DNA of 64,000 nt from the human T2T-CHM13v2.0 reference genome, Homo sapiens. The notes under the pieces were generated by a model. The model did no database searches. It saw only the letters and a program-made list of their open reading frames with translations, and was not told the DNA's origin. The stretch lies in NCBI RefSeq assembly GCF_009914755.1, contig NC_060934.1; one strand, given 5' to 3'. A program made the position numbers and the translations under genes. How positions within the stretch are numbered: the first letter of the stretch is position 1; every line of letters begins with the position of its first letter. This document shows positions 26,276 to 47,221 of the stretch, piece by piece.

Positions 26276-27043
26276 TGAGCTAGGATGGAATTTCCTTCTG
26301 AAGCAGACCCTGCTTCCAGCATCCTACAGCCAGCCTTTCACACCGGGTGTCTGCTCAGAGCAGGCGTGACCTGGATTCTACCTGATTCTACCTGTCCTGT
26401 ATCTCTAGAGTCCAGAAAGGAAGGAATCGCCCTGATTTTGATTGAGGACAGAGGCATGTGTCTGGGTGATGAGTGCTCTGTGCTGGGCAGCCTGCTTGAA
26501 TCAGAGCCCAGGGCTCAAGAGACAAAGGTCATACCCCTGCCTGGGCCATTCAGCTTGACATGGAGCCTTCCTGCTCCTCAGCCACCAGGAAGGAGAGTAA
26601 CTCACAACACTCACGTGACGGCAGGACTTGGGGTGTTCCCCTTGGTCAGGAGGTAGAGGCAGTACCTTCACTCTGCCCCATGGCCTCATGTCTTCCATCC
26701 CAGCATATTAATTTGCATTCATAACAATCTGTCTTTCCTGAATTGCAAACATCCTAAACTTCCCAACAGCCCTGCATTTTCTTTGCTTGTCAAGTGAGAC
26801 TCTACTTACAAGACACAAATCTTATGGCGTGGAATCCCTGACAACTTTTGGATGACACAGAAAACGTAACACAATATGGACTGAAAATTCTCTTAGTTGT
26901 ATGTTTGTCTATACTTATGAAATAAGTTTTGTTAGCTAATACAATTCTATTATTTCAATGATGTCTTTGAGAGGGAAGAACTAGTTTAGAGGGAATGAAT
27001 AGATGAGTATGATGAGATGGACGTGGAGGTTTATCCTTTATAA

Positions 27044-27742
<699 letters not shown>

Positions 27743-28181
27743 TTACACCAGTAACAGCTGATTTATGTTAATCCAAATGCAAGGCACTGAATGAGTTGAA
27801 ATGAAAAAAAAAAAAGCTTTCTCCATCCAGATATAACCAGAATTTTACACACCTAGTGCAGAATGACCATGCTCACAAGCTGGGATGGAGGCAAACCTTT
27901 TGCTTTTGAATTAAAAACCTCTTCAAAGGGCTTCCAGCAAGAGTAGAATCCACTGCAGTTCCCCTTAGTGACTGAGATGGGGTGTGACGGTGGCACCTGT
28001 CCTGTCCCAATGTGCCCTCTGGGGTAGCGCCTTTGAGTCTGAGGATTCAGTTTAAAGATAGTCAATAGGGTTTTCTTCTGAGTCCAAGGAGGACTCAGGT
28101 CAGTGGAAATAAGGAATGTTGCTTGCATGTGAAATGAGGTTGATAATAAATAAAGTAACTGCGTGTTGCTGTGCACTTTAG

Positions 28182-28297
28182 GTGGCGCCATATCTAACAT
28201 GTATGCCATGATGATCGCACGCTTTAAGATGTTCCCAGAAGTCAAGGAGAAAGGAATGGCTGCTCTTCCCAGGCTCATTGCCTTCACGTCTGAACAT
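28182..28297 (+). CDS. GAD2: GAD65 exon 7 (116 nt; PEVKEK at residues 260-265)
   Basis: ctttag| ... |gtatgt; [39 protein letters not shown]. Confidence 0.97.
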
Positions 28298-28498
28298 GTA
28301 TGTGTTTCTTTTCCTTGCAAGTTTAAGGTTATGTTCCATAAAGCCCGAGTTTAAGGAGTGATGGCTGGAAATGCATTATCCCCAGAGGCCCTCTTTCTGG
28401 AAGACACCTTGGGAGGGAATGGGGGAGAAAGCTGAGTGGTACTATGGGGTGTCCTCCTTGACTCTTTGAAATTCAGGAAAACCCTCAAAGATAAAGGA

Positions 28499-29620
<1,122 letters not shown>

Positions 29621-30120
29621 CATAAGACTGTTCCTTCATGATCTCTGCCTCACAGTAGCCTGGGCTTTGGAATACAGCTGCCTCAGAGACAATCAGGAAG
29701 CCCTCTGATAGCCAGGGAACTAGGAGACAGGGAGGGAGGAAGGGCCTAGAGGGAGACTCAGGGCTCCTGTAAGGAAATGTCACTCAGGAGACGCAGGGAA
29801 CCGTGGTGGGTCTCAGATCCAGATCCACCATGAACTTTTTCTATTTCCTATTTTAAGTGAGGTATGTGTATCTATGTGTGTGTGTCTGTCTCTGTGTGTG
29901 TCTGTAGGTGTCCATGACAAGGAAATAGATTGGAAATCAGTGGATACAGTTCATTACCACAGCAGTAGCTGTGGAATTAAAGGAAACTAGCAATTCCATG
30001 TTAACAAATTATCAAAGCATCTTGTTTTCAGTCATCTTTTGGGGTTTTATTTTGTGAAATGTCCTTCTTCAACGTATAGGGGTCACATTGGGCGAAAACC
30101 ACACAGCCTAAAATTACTTA

Positions 30121-30590
30121 GTATTTTACCTTTCTGTTGCTGCTGGAACAAATGATCACAAACTTTGTGGCTTACAACAATATGAATGTATTACCTTATA
30201 GTTCTGGGGGTCAAAAATCTAAAATGGGAAAAGCAGGGCTGCATTCTTCCTCGAGGCTCTCTGGAAGATTCCGTTTCCTTGATGTTTCCAGTTTCTAGAG
30301 GCCACCTACATTTTTTGGTTCATCTTCAGAACCAGCAGCATAGCATCTTTGGATCTCTCTCTTTCTCTCTCTCTCACCTCTACTTCTACCACCACATCTC
30401 TTTCCACCTGTGGCTCTCCTGCCTCTCTCTTTTGGATCTACTCAGATAATCCAGGGCAATCCCCCGTCTCAACCTTAACCTAATCACATCTGCAAAGTCC
30501 CTTTTACCAAGTAAAGTAACATATTCATGGTGTTGAAGATGAGGATGTGATTTTTGTGGCAGGGAGTATCTGTTATTCAGCCCACTCTAC
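30121..30590 (-). mobile_element. MLT1-type MaLR LTR
   Basis: ttgctgctggaacaaat...cacaaactttgtggctta and aatcacatctgcaaagtccctttt are typical of MLT1. Confidence 0.75.
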
Positions 30591-30984
30591 CTAGTACCCC
30601 ACCAGGAGATAACTTTCTTTTCTCAGCTTCTCCAAGGATAGAAAAACGTGATCTATTTTTCTCCTCAATTACTATTTTCCTGAAATGGGTTTGGACCCCT
30701 AAATAGTTACATGTTATTACATTCTCAGCCTCAAAAAGTCCAGATGATCTTTTATTGGGCATCTTTTTCTTTTGGCTTCCAAGCTGCGTCCACAAGTTAA
30801 AATGAGTTTGGTCCAGCAGCAAGCCACTCTGTGCTCTCTGCCAGGCATCTCTGGTTTGGGCATGAGCTTCTCAGCCTCATGCTTTATGTAAATTGACTGA
30901 GACTTGATCAGGCCATGTGGTCTGAGGATCTAAAAATAACAATTTTGCTCTACCTTCTTTTCCTGATACTGTAAACTCAGTCTA

Positions 30985-31315
30985 TTTTTTTTTTTTTTTT
31001 TTTTTTGAGTCAGAGTCTAGCCCTGTCGCCCAGGCTGGAGTGCTGTGGCGTGATCTCTGGAGTGCAGTGGTGCAGTCTCGGCTCACTGCAACCTCCATCT
31101 CTGGGGTTCAAGAGATTCCTCCTGCCTCAGCCTCTGGAGTAGAGTAGCTGGGACTACAGGCACGTGCCGCCACACCTGGCTAATTTTTGTATTTTTAGTA
31201 GAGACAGGGTTTCACCATGTTGGCCACGCTGGTCTTAAACTTCTGACCTCAGGTGATCCATCCGCCTTCACCTCCCAAAGTGCTGGGATTACAGGAGTGA
31301 GCCGCCACGCCCAGA
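30985..31315 (-). mobile_element. AluS with an internal ~22-bp tandem duplication
   Basis: ctggagtgctgtggcgtgatct is repeated as ctggagtgcagtggtgcagtct. Confidence 0.9.
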
Positions 31316-32530
31316 CTACTTCTTCATTTCTGAGAAAGAAACACAATTCGGCCGTATAACAACCATTTGACTCTCCCTTCTCCTTCTTGTGTCTCTATCT
31401 ATGCATACAGTAGTGAAGGATCATTTGAATTACGAAGCTCTCCTAAAATACCAATAGGCTCTAACTTTGGCCTATCATTTGGGTTATCATTGCCTTATCA
31501 TTTTTGACAAATAGTTTTTTTAATATATAACACCTTATATCTGACTACTATTTGACAGTTTCCAAAACACTTTGAAGATATGGAACTTTGATTCTCACAG
31601 CAACCTTATGGGACAAGTAGAACAGAGATTGTTATCTGCATTTTACAAATGAGGAGGCTGAAATTAGCTAGGTAGGTAGAGCCAAGATCAGACTGGGTTT
31701 ACTGGGTCCAAGACCAGTGAGCTCCATGCACCGACTACCACTGTAGAAACCAGATTAAAAGATTCAGCAACAGAGCTTTGTATACAGCAGCTTATCAATT
31801 GACTTAACATCTTATACCTTCCCTGATCAAGTTTCCACCAGGAGCTGTTTTCTTAATGTGAAACCGATGCTAATTTGTGACTCTCTCTTTCTACCAAAAA
31901 ACATTCTCATCATCTCGTAGGGTTGGGCTGGAGGGGGTTTTCGGAGCTCATTTAAAGCCGTCCTGCATCTTCTTGAACCCTTGACCCTAACCATCCTGGA
32001 CAGGTGAGCTCTTAAAAGTGAGTCCTGCCTTTGAAGCTGCAGGTTAAGAGGTAATACGATCCCCATCGCTAGTTCCTTCTGGGCTCTAGACCTCAGACAT
32101 TATTTTCAATTCATCATTTAGTGTAGCTTCCTTCTGGCTTCAGGCCAGGCCACATATTTTCTTGGTCTTTTCAGATTTTACAATCACACTGTCTCCACCA
32201 GCTCCAGAAATAGATCTCCAGAGGCAGAAAAAAGAAAATTACCAAGTCATTTCTCAAATGCCTTTTCTCCGGCTAGACAACATCAATCTTGGCATGGAGG
32301 CTTCTTTCCTCAATTGCTTGGCTGGCAGGGAGAAAGGATAATGGAGGGGCTGCTGTGTTGACTCAGTGAGGAGAGGGAGGCCATGGGTCAAGACAGACGC
32401 TGCTTCGGGTGTTCTCTCTTCACACATTTTGAGAGGTTTCCAAGGCCCAAGACTCCTAGAAAATCAAATGAGAGCCTTATAGAACTTGTGCCTCAGTGCC
32501 TGGGACACAGAGAGCTCTGCATAAATATCA

Positions 32531-33692
<1,162 letters not shown>

Positions 33693-34624
33693 TAGTTATT
33701 CTCGTGCTAATTTCCTGATCTACTGAACCAGGTCACATTACTATCCCTTCTTCCAATCTGAGCACTGAGTTTGTAACTTGGCATGTTTAGAGCCATAGGG
33801 ATGGGAACAACATTGCGAGACTCTGTGGCCTTCTGCATCCAACCAGAAATGTTCACATATTCATGAAGGGAAGAGCCATTTTGTTTTCTAAATGACCCTT
33901 CACTCTGTCTCTGTTGCACCCCACCAAAGCTACCCACTTCTTTTCTGGCCACCAACACCGACTAGAGCTTTACTTATCTGATGAGGAGGGCAACCTATTA
34001 AATTTTTCTGGTTGTTTGAATCAACTGTTTTCTTGTAAAACTTGAATAAGACTAAATTAAACAACTAGTCTTTCTGTGGCAAGCGTTTAAGAGTTCCAAG
34101 ATTACTTTTCTCTAAAATAGAGAATCACAAAATCTCAGAATTGAAAGTGATCTTAAAGATCCTTTGGTTCAACACATCCTTTGCTGGAATCTCATCCCGT
34201 TCCCCAAATCTTCAGTCATACAAAGGCTTGGCAAAAATTAACTTGATGAGTTTTAGGTTCTCTCTTTAAAGTAGGTTTAGAGGGAAGCTAAGATCCCAGC
34301 TCAATAATTCACATCTCAAGCTCTGAATCCTTTGAAAGCCTAAACCATGAGCTCAATTCCAAATTCCTCTTATTTCTTTGTGGCACAAGCTCTTCCAGAA
34401 ATATCTTCCGCGAAACAGCATAACCTCATCTAGGAAACATATTCTTCCTAATCATAACAAACAGTGGCTCTTTAGGCAAATCACCGTAACTAATTCGCTC
34501 CGCTCTTCACATGCCGAGCCTGGCCCACACCCACATCCCCCAGAACCAGTTGCCAATGTTCTGCTGAGGCCCCTTGTGGCTTCGACCCACTTCTGTGGGG
34601 AGGTAATTCTCAAAATTGCTCTAT

Positions 34625-35116
<492 letters not shown>

Positions 35117-36224
35117 TAAAGATGACTTTCACGTATCATTATTGGAGAGGTTTTTAGTTTCAAAAATAGATCTCCTTTAAAAAATTCTTTTAAACAGTGA
35201 CCTGTTTGGAAACAGGGCTGTTTGGGCAATTTGGAAACAGATGACTTCCACAAAATGTATTGCTCCCCCCTTAGTCGGAACTGACAGTGAGTGAAATTGT
35301 GGGCTAAATCTATTTACCTTCAGCACCCCTGCTCCTGTGCTGCATTCCTACCTCCTTCTCACCTCAGGGCCCTCATCGCTCCCATGTTATTTTCTCCTCT
35401 ACCCAGTCCATCCAAACCTCCTCTCAGGAAAGAACCTGAAAGCCTTGCTGAGATGTAAGCAATAGGTAAGACCTCCCCATTGCCTCTCCTGGGGATATTC
35501 CCATCGCACTCAGAGAGGCAAAGGTGTGAGGTGCTGAGACACAACTCAGCCACTGTGCAGAGAGATGCTTCCTTTATTCCTTCCTTCCTTTAGTGCTGCA
35601 GGCGCCAGGCGTTGCTTCTGGCACGGGGGAGAGAGCAGTGGGCAGAACACACCCAGTGCCCGCTCTCAGCAAGTGTCCCTTGTTCTGGGGAAGAAAGGGA
35701 TGGGAAGGGGCTCCTGAGATCCCATCCACGCCAGGTGACGGATGCTCCCTTGTTCCCAGTGCCAGGTCAAAAGTGGCTGAACAGACTTATTGTTCTCCAG
35801 GTTAGTGATATATCCTGTGAGCTTTGGAATTGATGAAATGGTGACAGGCCCTGCTCTGCCACCTCCCAAGGCATGACCCTTCGTCTCCTCCTCATCTGTA
35901 AAATGGGGATGATGATACCCAGCTCCCGTAGCTGTGGGGAGGATGAAGCAAGATGATACATGGGAAGGGTAGTGCACTGCGCATGGCTCTCGGTGAGCCC
36001 CTCACAGATGACACTGTCGTTAGAAGGAGCTGAGCCCAACCAGGAGACGAGACAGAGGGAGCAGGGAGAGCAGAGTCGGGGCCAGTGATTTCCTTAAGAG
36101 GGATGTGCCCTTCCTCCCAAAGTGCCAAAGCAACACTCAAGGATCCACAGCCTTGGGAGAGTCTAGATCCTAGATTGCTACTTGTATAATTTTGAGATTT
36201 CCCTACATACATATATTTATTTTA

Positions 36225-36718
<494 letters not shown>

Positions 36719-37999
36719 TCACATGCCACAGCTACACTTCTCACATCAATTCTGCCAAGAGAGGACTTCATCATTGCACCTGAGCAAATCATGGCTCAGC
36801 ATGAGAAAGTAATTTGCCTAAATAGAAGCAGGTGTCAAACCCTCATCATTGTGCCTCACATCACCTCTTTCCATTACACACTTTCATTCACTCTTCATGA
36901 TCCACAATCATAGAAATAATTGTTGTCCACAGAGTGCTCAAAATGACTGAAGACATACTCACTACTGATATTCACATTTGTCACTGAAGATCATTCTTGG
37001 ATCTCTTTTCATGTTAAACTTAACCTGGTACACATCATTCCTTTCATTTGACACTTATTTAGGGTATAAGCTCACAATGGGGCCACCTTGATCTACTAGT
37101 CAGAACTGAGTGTGACTAATAAGATAGCAGCTTCACAGACGTGCCTGTGTACAGATCCACATCACCTGCGAATCACACAGTCTCTAAAAATGTGTCTGGG
37201 AGGTCCCCTCCCCTCCAGATCATTATAATTAGAAACCAATGAGGTGGTCTCCCAGAGCACAAGCTTGTTTGTAAATCCAATGCTTTAGCAAGAGAATGTT
37301 CTTTCGGGCCAGCTGGCGAGCAGAAGTAAGGACAGAGGCGACCAGTATTTCTAAGGAAGCTGTAGCTATCATTTCCCTCAAATCTTAGGGTGTACTGTAT
37401 AGGAGCAAGCGAATGGAGGTGTCAGAAGGATGTGAAGGAGGAGGATACGGTGAGAACTGCAACTGCTGAGGGATTGGCCCCGGGGGATGGTGGGGTGGGG
37501 GGTGGTCAGGAAGCATGAGGAAGGGTCAAATGGGCAGATTCCAGCTCATTGATAGGCTGGGCTTCAAGATCTACTTGTTGAGGACAATATATAATGATCC
37601 CCATTCCCCACACACCCACTAATTCCACCCACAAAGGGTGTTGGAACAAAAGAATCAAGCCTGAGGACAATTGGTCAATTGATGGATCTCAGAGCTGGAA
37701 GGTAGAATGCTTGATAGGATGTCAGAAGAGTTAAGAGCTAAGATTTCCCAGCCAGTGTGTCCTTTCTCTTTATTTGAGGTCTCTGTGTTGCTTCTTTCTT
37801 CCCTCTAGCAGCTGGCTTGGTTAGGAGAACACACAGCTGCCTCCAGCTTGGGCAGGACCCCACCTTAGGCCTTCTGGAGCAGGTGCCAAGAAGACCCCTG
37901 GTCTTGCTTTTAGAATAGGCTTTAGATTTGAGGCATTGGGGTCCACGGAGTCCACCAGAGCCACACCAACATTGGGATTTGTGGCCAGATAGTTAAGGC

Positions 38000-38440
38000 A
38001 ATAAATAGTGACATTTCCCCGGACTTGTTATCTGAATATGTGGTCAACAAATTCAACAAATATTTTGTCAATTATACGCTATGACAAAGTCTTCGCCCTC
38101 ATGCAGCCTGCTGTGTTCTCGTAGTGGACACACAGTGAACTAATATTAGAAATAGTGTCTTGTGGTGATGAGATTAGGGTGGTAGTCAGCTACTTTACAG
38201 GATGGTCATAAAAATATCTCTGTGTGGAGGTGATATGTGAGCAGAGACCTACATTGAATGAGGGAGGGAACCATGTAAGTATTTGAAGGAAGGTTTTCCA
38301 GGAAAATGAACGGCAAGTGCAAAGACTCAGAAGGGAGAACAAGTTTAGCAAGCTCACAGAAGACCAGGAAAGCCAACGCACCAGGTAGACAGAGTGAGGG
38401 GAACAAAGACAGAAGATGAGGTAGGGGAGGTTGCCAGCCA
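38000..38440 (-). mobile_element. L2 remnant
   Basis: ttcaacaaatatttt and ggaggtgatatgtgagcagagacct...gcaagtgcaaagact resemble reverse L2. Confidence 0.55.
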
Positions 38441-38996
38441 CTGAGGACTGTCTTAATAATCTGTGTCCTCCAAGCCCAGCAGAGGCTTGTCCCTGAAACC
38501 CTGTGATCTGTTAGGCAGTCAAATCTCAGTCTCAGTTAAATATTTGGATGAAATCAGCAATGGCTTGAAATAATTGATATGGCTTTCCAGATGTCTTGTC
38601 CCAATTCTAATAGAGGAGGAGAAACCGGCATGCCAAGATTCTAAACTAGTTTGTCTCAGAGCTTTCTACCACTCACCTTACTCTCCCACCATCTCTAAAG
38701 GGATTAGATTTACTGTCCCCATTAAAGAGTGAAGGAGCTCATGCTGCACCCTCCAGTCTAGGGCTAGGAGGGATGGGCGCTGCCCTCTCCAGCCTGATAC
38801 GCTCCTTCTCACTCACTCTTAGCTGAATATTCTCATCCCACTCAAACCTAGAAAGCCTGCTTATTTTTTTAATTACAAATATTTTATAATTATAAAATCC
38901 CTTATTTATTTGTGCATGTTTTAAGGATAAGCTGAATCATATAACCTGTGTCTGGTTTACCTACATATATTTTTTTAATAGAGAAATTACTCTTCC

Positions 38997-39583
<587 letters not shown>

Positions 39584-40479
39584 TTATTCTTCCATCAATC
39601 TTTACTTTTTCATTTAGTAGAAAATAAAATTATTTGGGCTTTAATATCTATTGTCCTTAAATAGAAATATGATTTAATCCTAAATAAGCACTAGATTCTA
39701 TTATCAAGGCTCTACTGTAATTTTTCGCAAATCCAGGGAGGGGACGAGGGTATTCTCATTAGCTCATTCCCAAGCCATTTTATTAATGAACAACTGATCA
39801 TTACAAGAGTCTTGATTATTTTGGGACAAATTTGAATTCTTGTAGCTTCCAATTTTTGTTCAGAATTTTGTCTTCTGAAGCCATTGAAGAGTGAAGGAAC
39901 TCATGCCACACCCTCCTGTCTAGGGCCAGGTGGAGTGGGATGCTGTCCTCTCCAGCATGATGTGCTCCAGAGCAGCCTATCCCCTGATCCCAGGCTTGGC
40001 ACAGCCCTTCACCTGAAGGCCACCCATGTCACATATCCTTAATGCCCTCTGCTCATTTCTTTTTTTTTTTTTTTTAGAACTGAGGTGTCTTTTATTTCAA
40101 AAACGGATCTGATTTTCCTAACAAAACTTTCCCCAACACGTTACCTTTCTCTCCAAGTTTCCTCTGTCTGTACGTGTATGCACATGCATGAGTGTGCACA
40201 CACATGTATTTTTAGGTGGAAGTACAAAAAATTGAAGTGTATTGAGGTGTTTTGGAAAACTCTATAAATAGCTTCCTTGCATTGAGGGGAAGAGGGCCTT
40301 TTGGCCCTTTGATGATAATAGGTTGTTATCTTCTGAGGTGTAGTTTGCGTCCTCACTCCTCTGGGTGGTCTGCTAGTATGTGCTGCTGACAGATGTAGTT
40401 GCCCAACTCAGCATTCTTTGCTAAAACATCTCCCCTCAATTCTTGTTGGCCTTGCAGATACTGTTGAATCACTGGTTCC

Positions 40480-40795
40480 ATTTGTTTGTTTGTTTGTTTG
40501 TTTGTTTTTGAGACAGAGTCTCACTCTGTTGCCCAGGCTGGAGTGCAGTGGCGTGATCTTGGCTCACTGCAAGCCAAGCTCCGCCTCCCTGGTTCATGCC
40601 ATTCTCCTGCCTCAGCCTCCGGAGTAGCTGGGACTACAGGCACCCGCCACCATGCCTGGCTAATTTTTTTGTATTTTTAGTAGAGACAGAGTTTCACCGT
40701 GTTAGCCAGGATGGTCTCGATCTCCTGACCTCGTGATCCGCCTGCCTCAGCCTCCCAAAGTGCTGGGATTACAGGCGTGAGCCACCGCGCCCAGC
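40480..40795 (-). mobile_element. AluY-like element
   Basis: Alu consensus, (TTTG)n head, TSD cactggttc(c/a)attt. Confidence 0.92.
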
Positions 40796-42539
40796 CACTG
40801 GTTCAATTTTTATATTTGTTTCCAGAGAACCCTCTAGGTTCTCTCTAAACACCTGCTTTCCAGCCTTCTCAGCATCCAGGTGGTTGTTCTTCAGACACTC
40901 TTTTCCTCTGGTTCATCAACAAGTACTTCCATTCAAAGTGGTGCTAAGGAATAAAAACGACTGTCCACATGTGGTCTCGCCGGCCCAGAGAGACATGCCA
41001 TTTAAGCTATCTTCACTGTTTCTCCCTCATTAGGTAGATGCTTTTTCCTCTCAAGTTTTCTTCCTCTCCATGGATTCCTTTCTATTTGTGAATAACGTTA
41101 AGCTATTTCTCTGCTCCCTTTCCTCAAAATATAAACAGACTCGATGTTTGCTACCTAATTTTCTTTTTCATGCTTCATCTCACCTTTGTTCCCTGTCTTT
41201 AAGCTTTCTATCTGGGCATGTGTTTTTCTTTAAATCTGCAGCATTTGGTACCGTGATCAATTATCCTGGGTAATTGCTCCTCATTTAAGAACCCCTATTC
41301 TTTCTCATTAAAGACTAGACAAGAATACGTCCTCCCATTGACCAGGTGCACCAGATCTCTTACTTATCCCCAGTTCGCCTTTTTGCAGTTTAGTGCTTAA
41401 GAGCTCATTCACAGAGGGGTGTAATTTGAGTGGCTTGCATGTACTTAGTTGGGGCAGCTGGCTGTCTCTTCCCTTCTGGCTGTAAGAGACTTAGCTTGCC
41501 TCTGAGCTCCTTCTCTTTGGGGTCGCCCAGGGCTCTGCCAAATGCACAAAAAAGAACCCCCCCCCTTTTTTTGGTGGGGGAGGTCATGCATCTTTACAAA
41601 CCTTGATCTAATTAAGCTTTCTCCTCTAGTTCCTAGGTATCACGGTAATGACTGTCCACTTTGTCATTCTTAGGTTGTAAAATGAAGCTAATGGCCCTTT
41701 CTCATTGCTTCTAGCTGCACTGAGCTTGTCAAACTCCACAGCTCCAGGTCTCCTTGATTGGTCATCATTATTTGCTGCTGTTATAAATGTGATTTCTTCT
41801 TGGTGATTAGACATACCCCCTAAAAATACATGTGTTAAGAGTTCCTGTGCTGTGTGTTTGAGAATTCAGAAGAGTACAAAAGTGGGCATTCGAAGAGAGA
41901 GGACCCTCTTAGGATCCCTAACTTAAAATTCCAGTCAGCAGCCCTTTGGAGATGTAAATTGAGGAAGCAGCTCTTCTTTTGGACAGCTTAATGATGTGTA
42001 GTTAATAGTAAGAGGCTGATGGGCAGATGCAGTACAGCTGGGCTTAGGTTAGCCTTTCTCAGCTCTCCAAATGGCACGGTGATTACAACCATTGAGACAC
42101 ACAGTCCTACCCGGAATCAATAACCAAAGGCACAAAGACTTTGGCGGTGGCTTGGCAGTGTGGCCTGTTCTGTACACGCAGACAAGTCATTCTGCCCCAG
42201 CCAGTAATTGATACCTCTTTTTTAAAGCCTGACTCAGGCTTGGCAGTTGCCTGTGCAACAAATAGCCCCTCCAGCAACTGGAATAAAGAGTGCTAGATTT
42301 AGGGTCACTTGTCCTCTTACCTGAGTTTACTGAGTTTCACTGAACCTGGGAGAAACTGAGTGTAACTTCTTGGTAACATATAAGCCTGGGAGCCATACAA
42401 TACATAGCTGCTGGAGCTGGTTGATGTATTGTTAAGCCTTGTATGTAAAATTGGCTTTGAGTTCCTGTGTGTCAGGTTATTGGATCCATTTACAATTTCC
42501 AGCATCTTTCCAGTTTCCCTCAAAAATCTCAACAAGAAC

Positions 42540-44256
<1,717 letters not shown>

Positions 44257-44435
44257 GTTTCACCACAGTTTTTAAAAAAGCACAAGTGAAGGATGCCATC
44301 TTCTCTCAGCAGCCCAGGCTTTGGAGGAACAGACTAGAAATGAAAGGAAAAAAGGAAAACAGAAAACAAACAGCCAGTGGAATGGATCTTGTCTTTATAT
44401 GGAACTAATTGCAAATATATATATTTTTTTTACAG

Positions 44436-44515
44436 AGTCATTTTTCTCTCAAGAAGGGAGCTGCAGCCTTAGGGATTGGAACAGACAGCGTGATTCTGAT
44501 TAAATGTGATGAGAG
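44436..44515 (+). CDS. GAD2: GAD65 exon 8 (80 nt); gene continues past the window end
   Basis: ttacag| ... |gtgagc; [26 protein letters not shown](R). Cumulative CDS is 920 nt with consistent phases. Confidence 0.96.
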
Positions 44516-45483
44516 GTGAGCATGCATCGGCAACTCTTGTTGGTTAGCAATTTGCAAATTCCACACAAGTAGTGCCTTTTGGTCTGAAAATAGGAGAGGA
44601 CCACGGGGCAGCAAGTCCACCTCCCTCCCAGCCTCTGCAGCCTTCGTTTCTTTTTAACATGGGCTCCTGCTTCTGTTGCTCAGATGTGGTTCCTTGATGC
44701 CATGGAGCCTTCCACAGCCCTTGCCTGAATCAAAACCTTTGTTAAATCCATCAAAATATTCTACACCAAGAAAGTGCAGAAAGACTTTCATCACCTGGGC
44801 ACGTTAGCAACAGCAGGCACTTTGAGCACTGATTTATGGAGGTGTCATCACTTTGGGCACCATAGATAGTGTAAGCTTGATGGGGTGATTACAGGAGGGG
44901 ACGTAGTATAGGGAGCAGGAAGTAAATAAAGCACCAGCAACTCAACAACTGGAACCAGAGGACTCAGGGGAAATCCCTGTCTTAATTGACACCTGAACTT
45001 CACAGGGACTCTGGGATTCAGTGCGGTGCTTTGTGGGAGAGATTTTAGAATGTCCACGTAAAGTATCACTGGCCTGTAGGCCTGAAGCCTACTAAAAATT
45101 AGATTCAGTCTCTAAAGTTTCATTAAGAATTTTCATTAAATTTAAAGGAAGCCACTCAATTGGCCATTTATTTATTTATTTGTATTTATTAGTCAGATGT
45201 GTACTGATTGCCCACCATGTCACTAGGCTCTAGAAAAGCACCATACGTTGATCCCGGTTCCCTGCCAGGATGTGAGCTAGGTGGGAAGAGGCAGTGTCGT
45301 CAGAAGGAGATAGTTACAGGGTGGAACTGCATGGCATGAAGTACACATTTGAACTTTGAGAAGACCTAGAAAGCTTCATGCAACAGGCAGGAATTGAGCT
45401 GGATTTTTAAAATTAGGAGTGAGTTGGACAAGTGGAGGGAAAGGCAAGGGCAGTTACAGAAGATTGAATACCAGCAGCAAAGC

Positions 45484-46003
45484 TGTTACAGGAAAGGGGT
45501 CCTGATCCACATCCCAAGAGAGGATTCTTGGATCTCGCGCAAGAAGGAATTCAGGGTGAGTCCATAGAGTGAAATGAAAGCAAGTTTATTAGGAAACTAA
45601 AGGAATAAAAGAATGGCTACTTCATAGACAGAGCAGCCTGGAGGCTGCTGGTTGCCCATTTTTATAGTTATTTCTTGATTATATGCTTAACAAGGGGTGG
45701 ATTATTCATGCCTCCCCTTTTTAGACCATATAGAGTAACTTCCTGACATTACCATGGCATTTGTAAACTGTCATAGTGCTGGTGAGAGTGTAGCAGTGAG
45801 GAGGATGACCAGAAGTCACTCTCGTGGCCATCTTGGTTTTGGTGGGTTTTGGCAAGGTCTTTATGACCTGTATCTTGTGCTGACCTCCTATCTCGTGACT
45901 TAGAATGCCTTAACCGTCTGGGAATGCAGTCCAATAGGTCTCAGCCTCATTTTCCCCAGCTCCTATTCAAGATGGAGTTACTCATATTCACATGCCTCTG
46001 ACA
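45484..46003 (-). mobile_element. MER41A solo LTR (ERV1)
   Basis: TG...CA termini and 4-bp TSD AAGC. The minus strand begins TGTCAGAGGC...CTCCATCTTGAATAGG and lacks the MER41B GAS-containing block. Confidence 0.85.
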
Positions 46004-46127
46004 AAGCCACAGGAGGAGGAATGAGCACCTCACGGGGTCCAGAAGCCAAGCCTTAGCAGAGGCATGGGGGAGGGGCAGCCACAGCAAATACGGTGGCTCA
46101 CGTGGAATTCAGAAAGCTCTAAAAATC

Positions 46128-47221
<1,094 letters not shown>

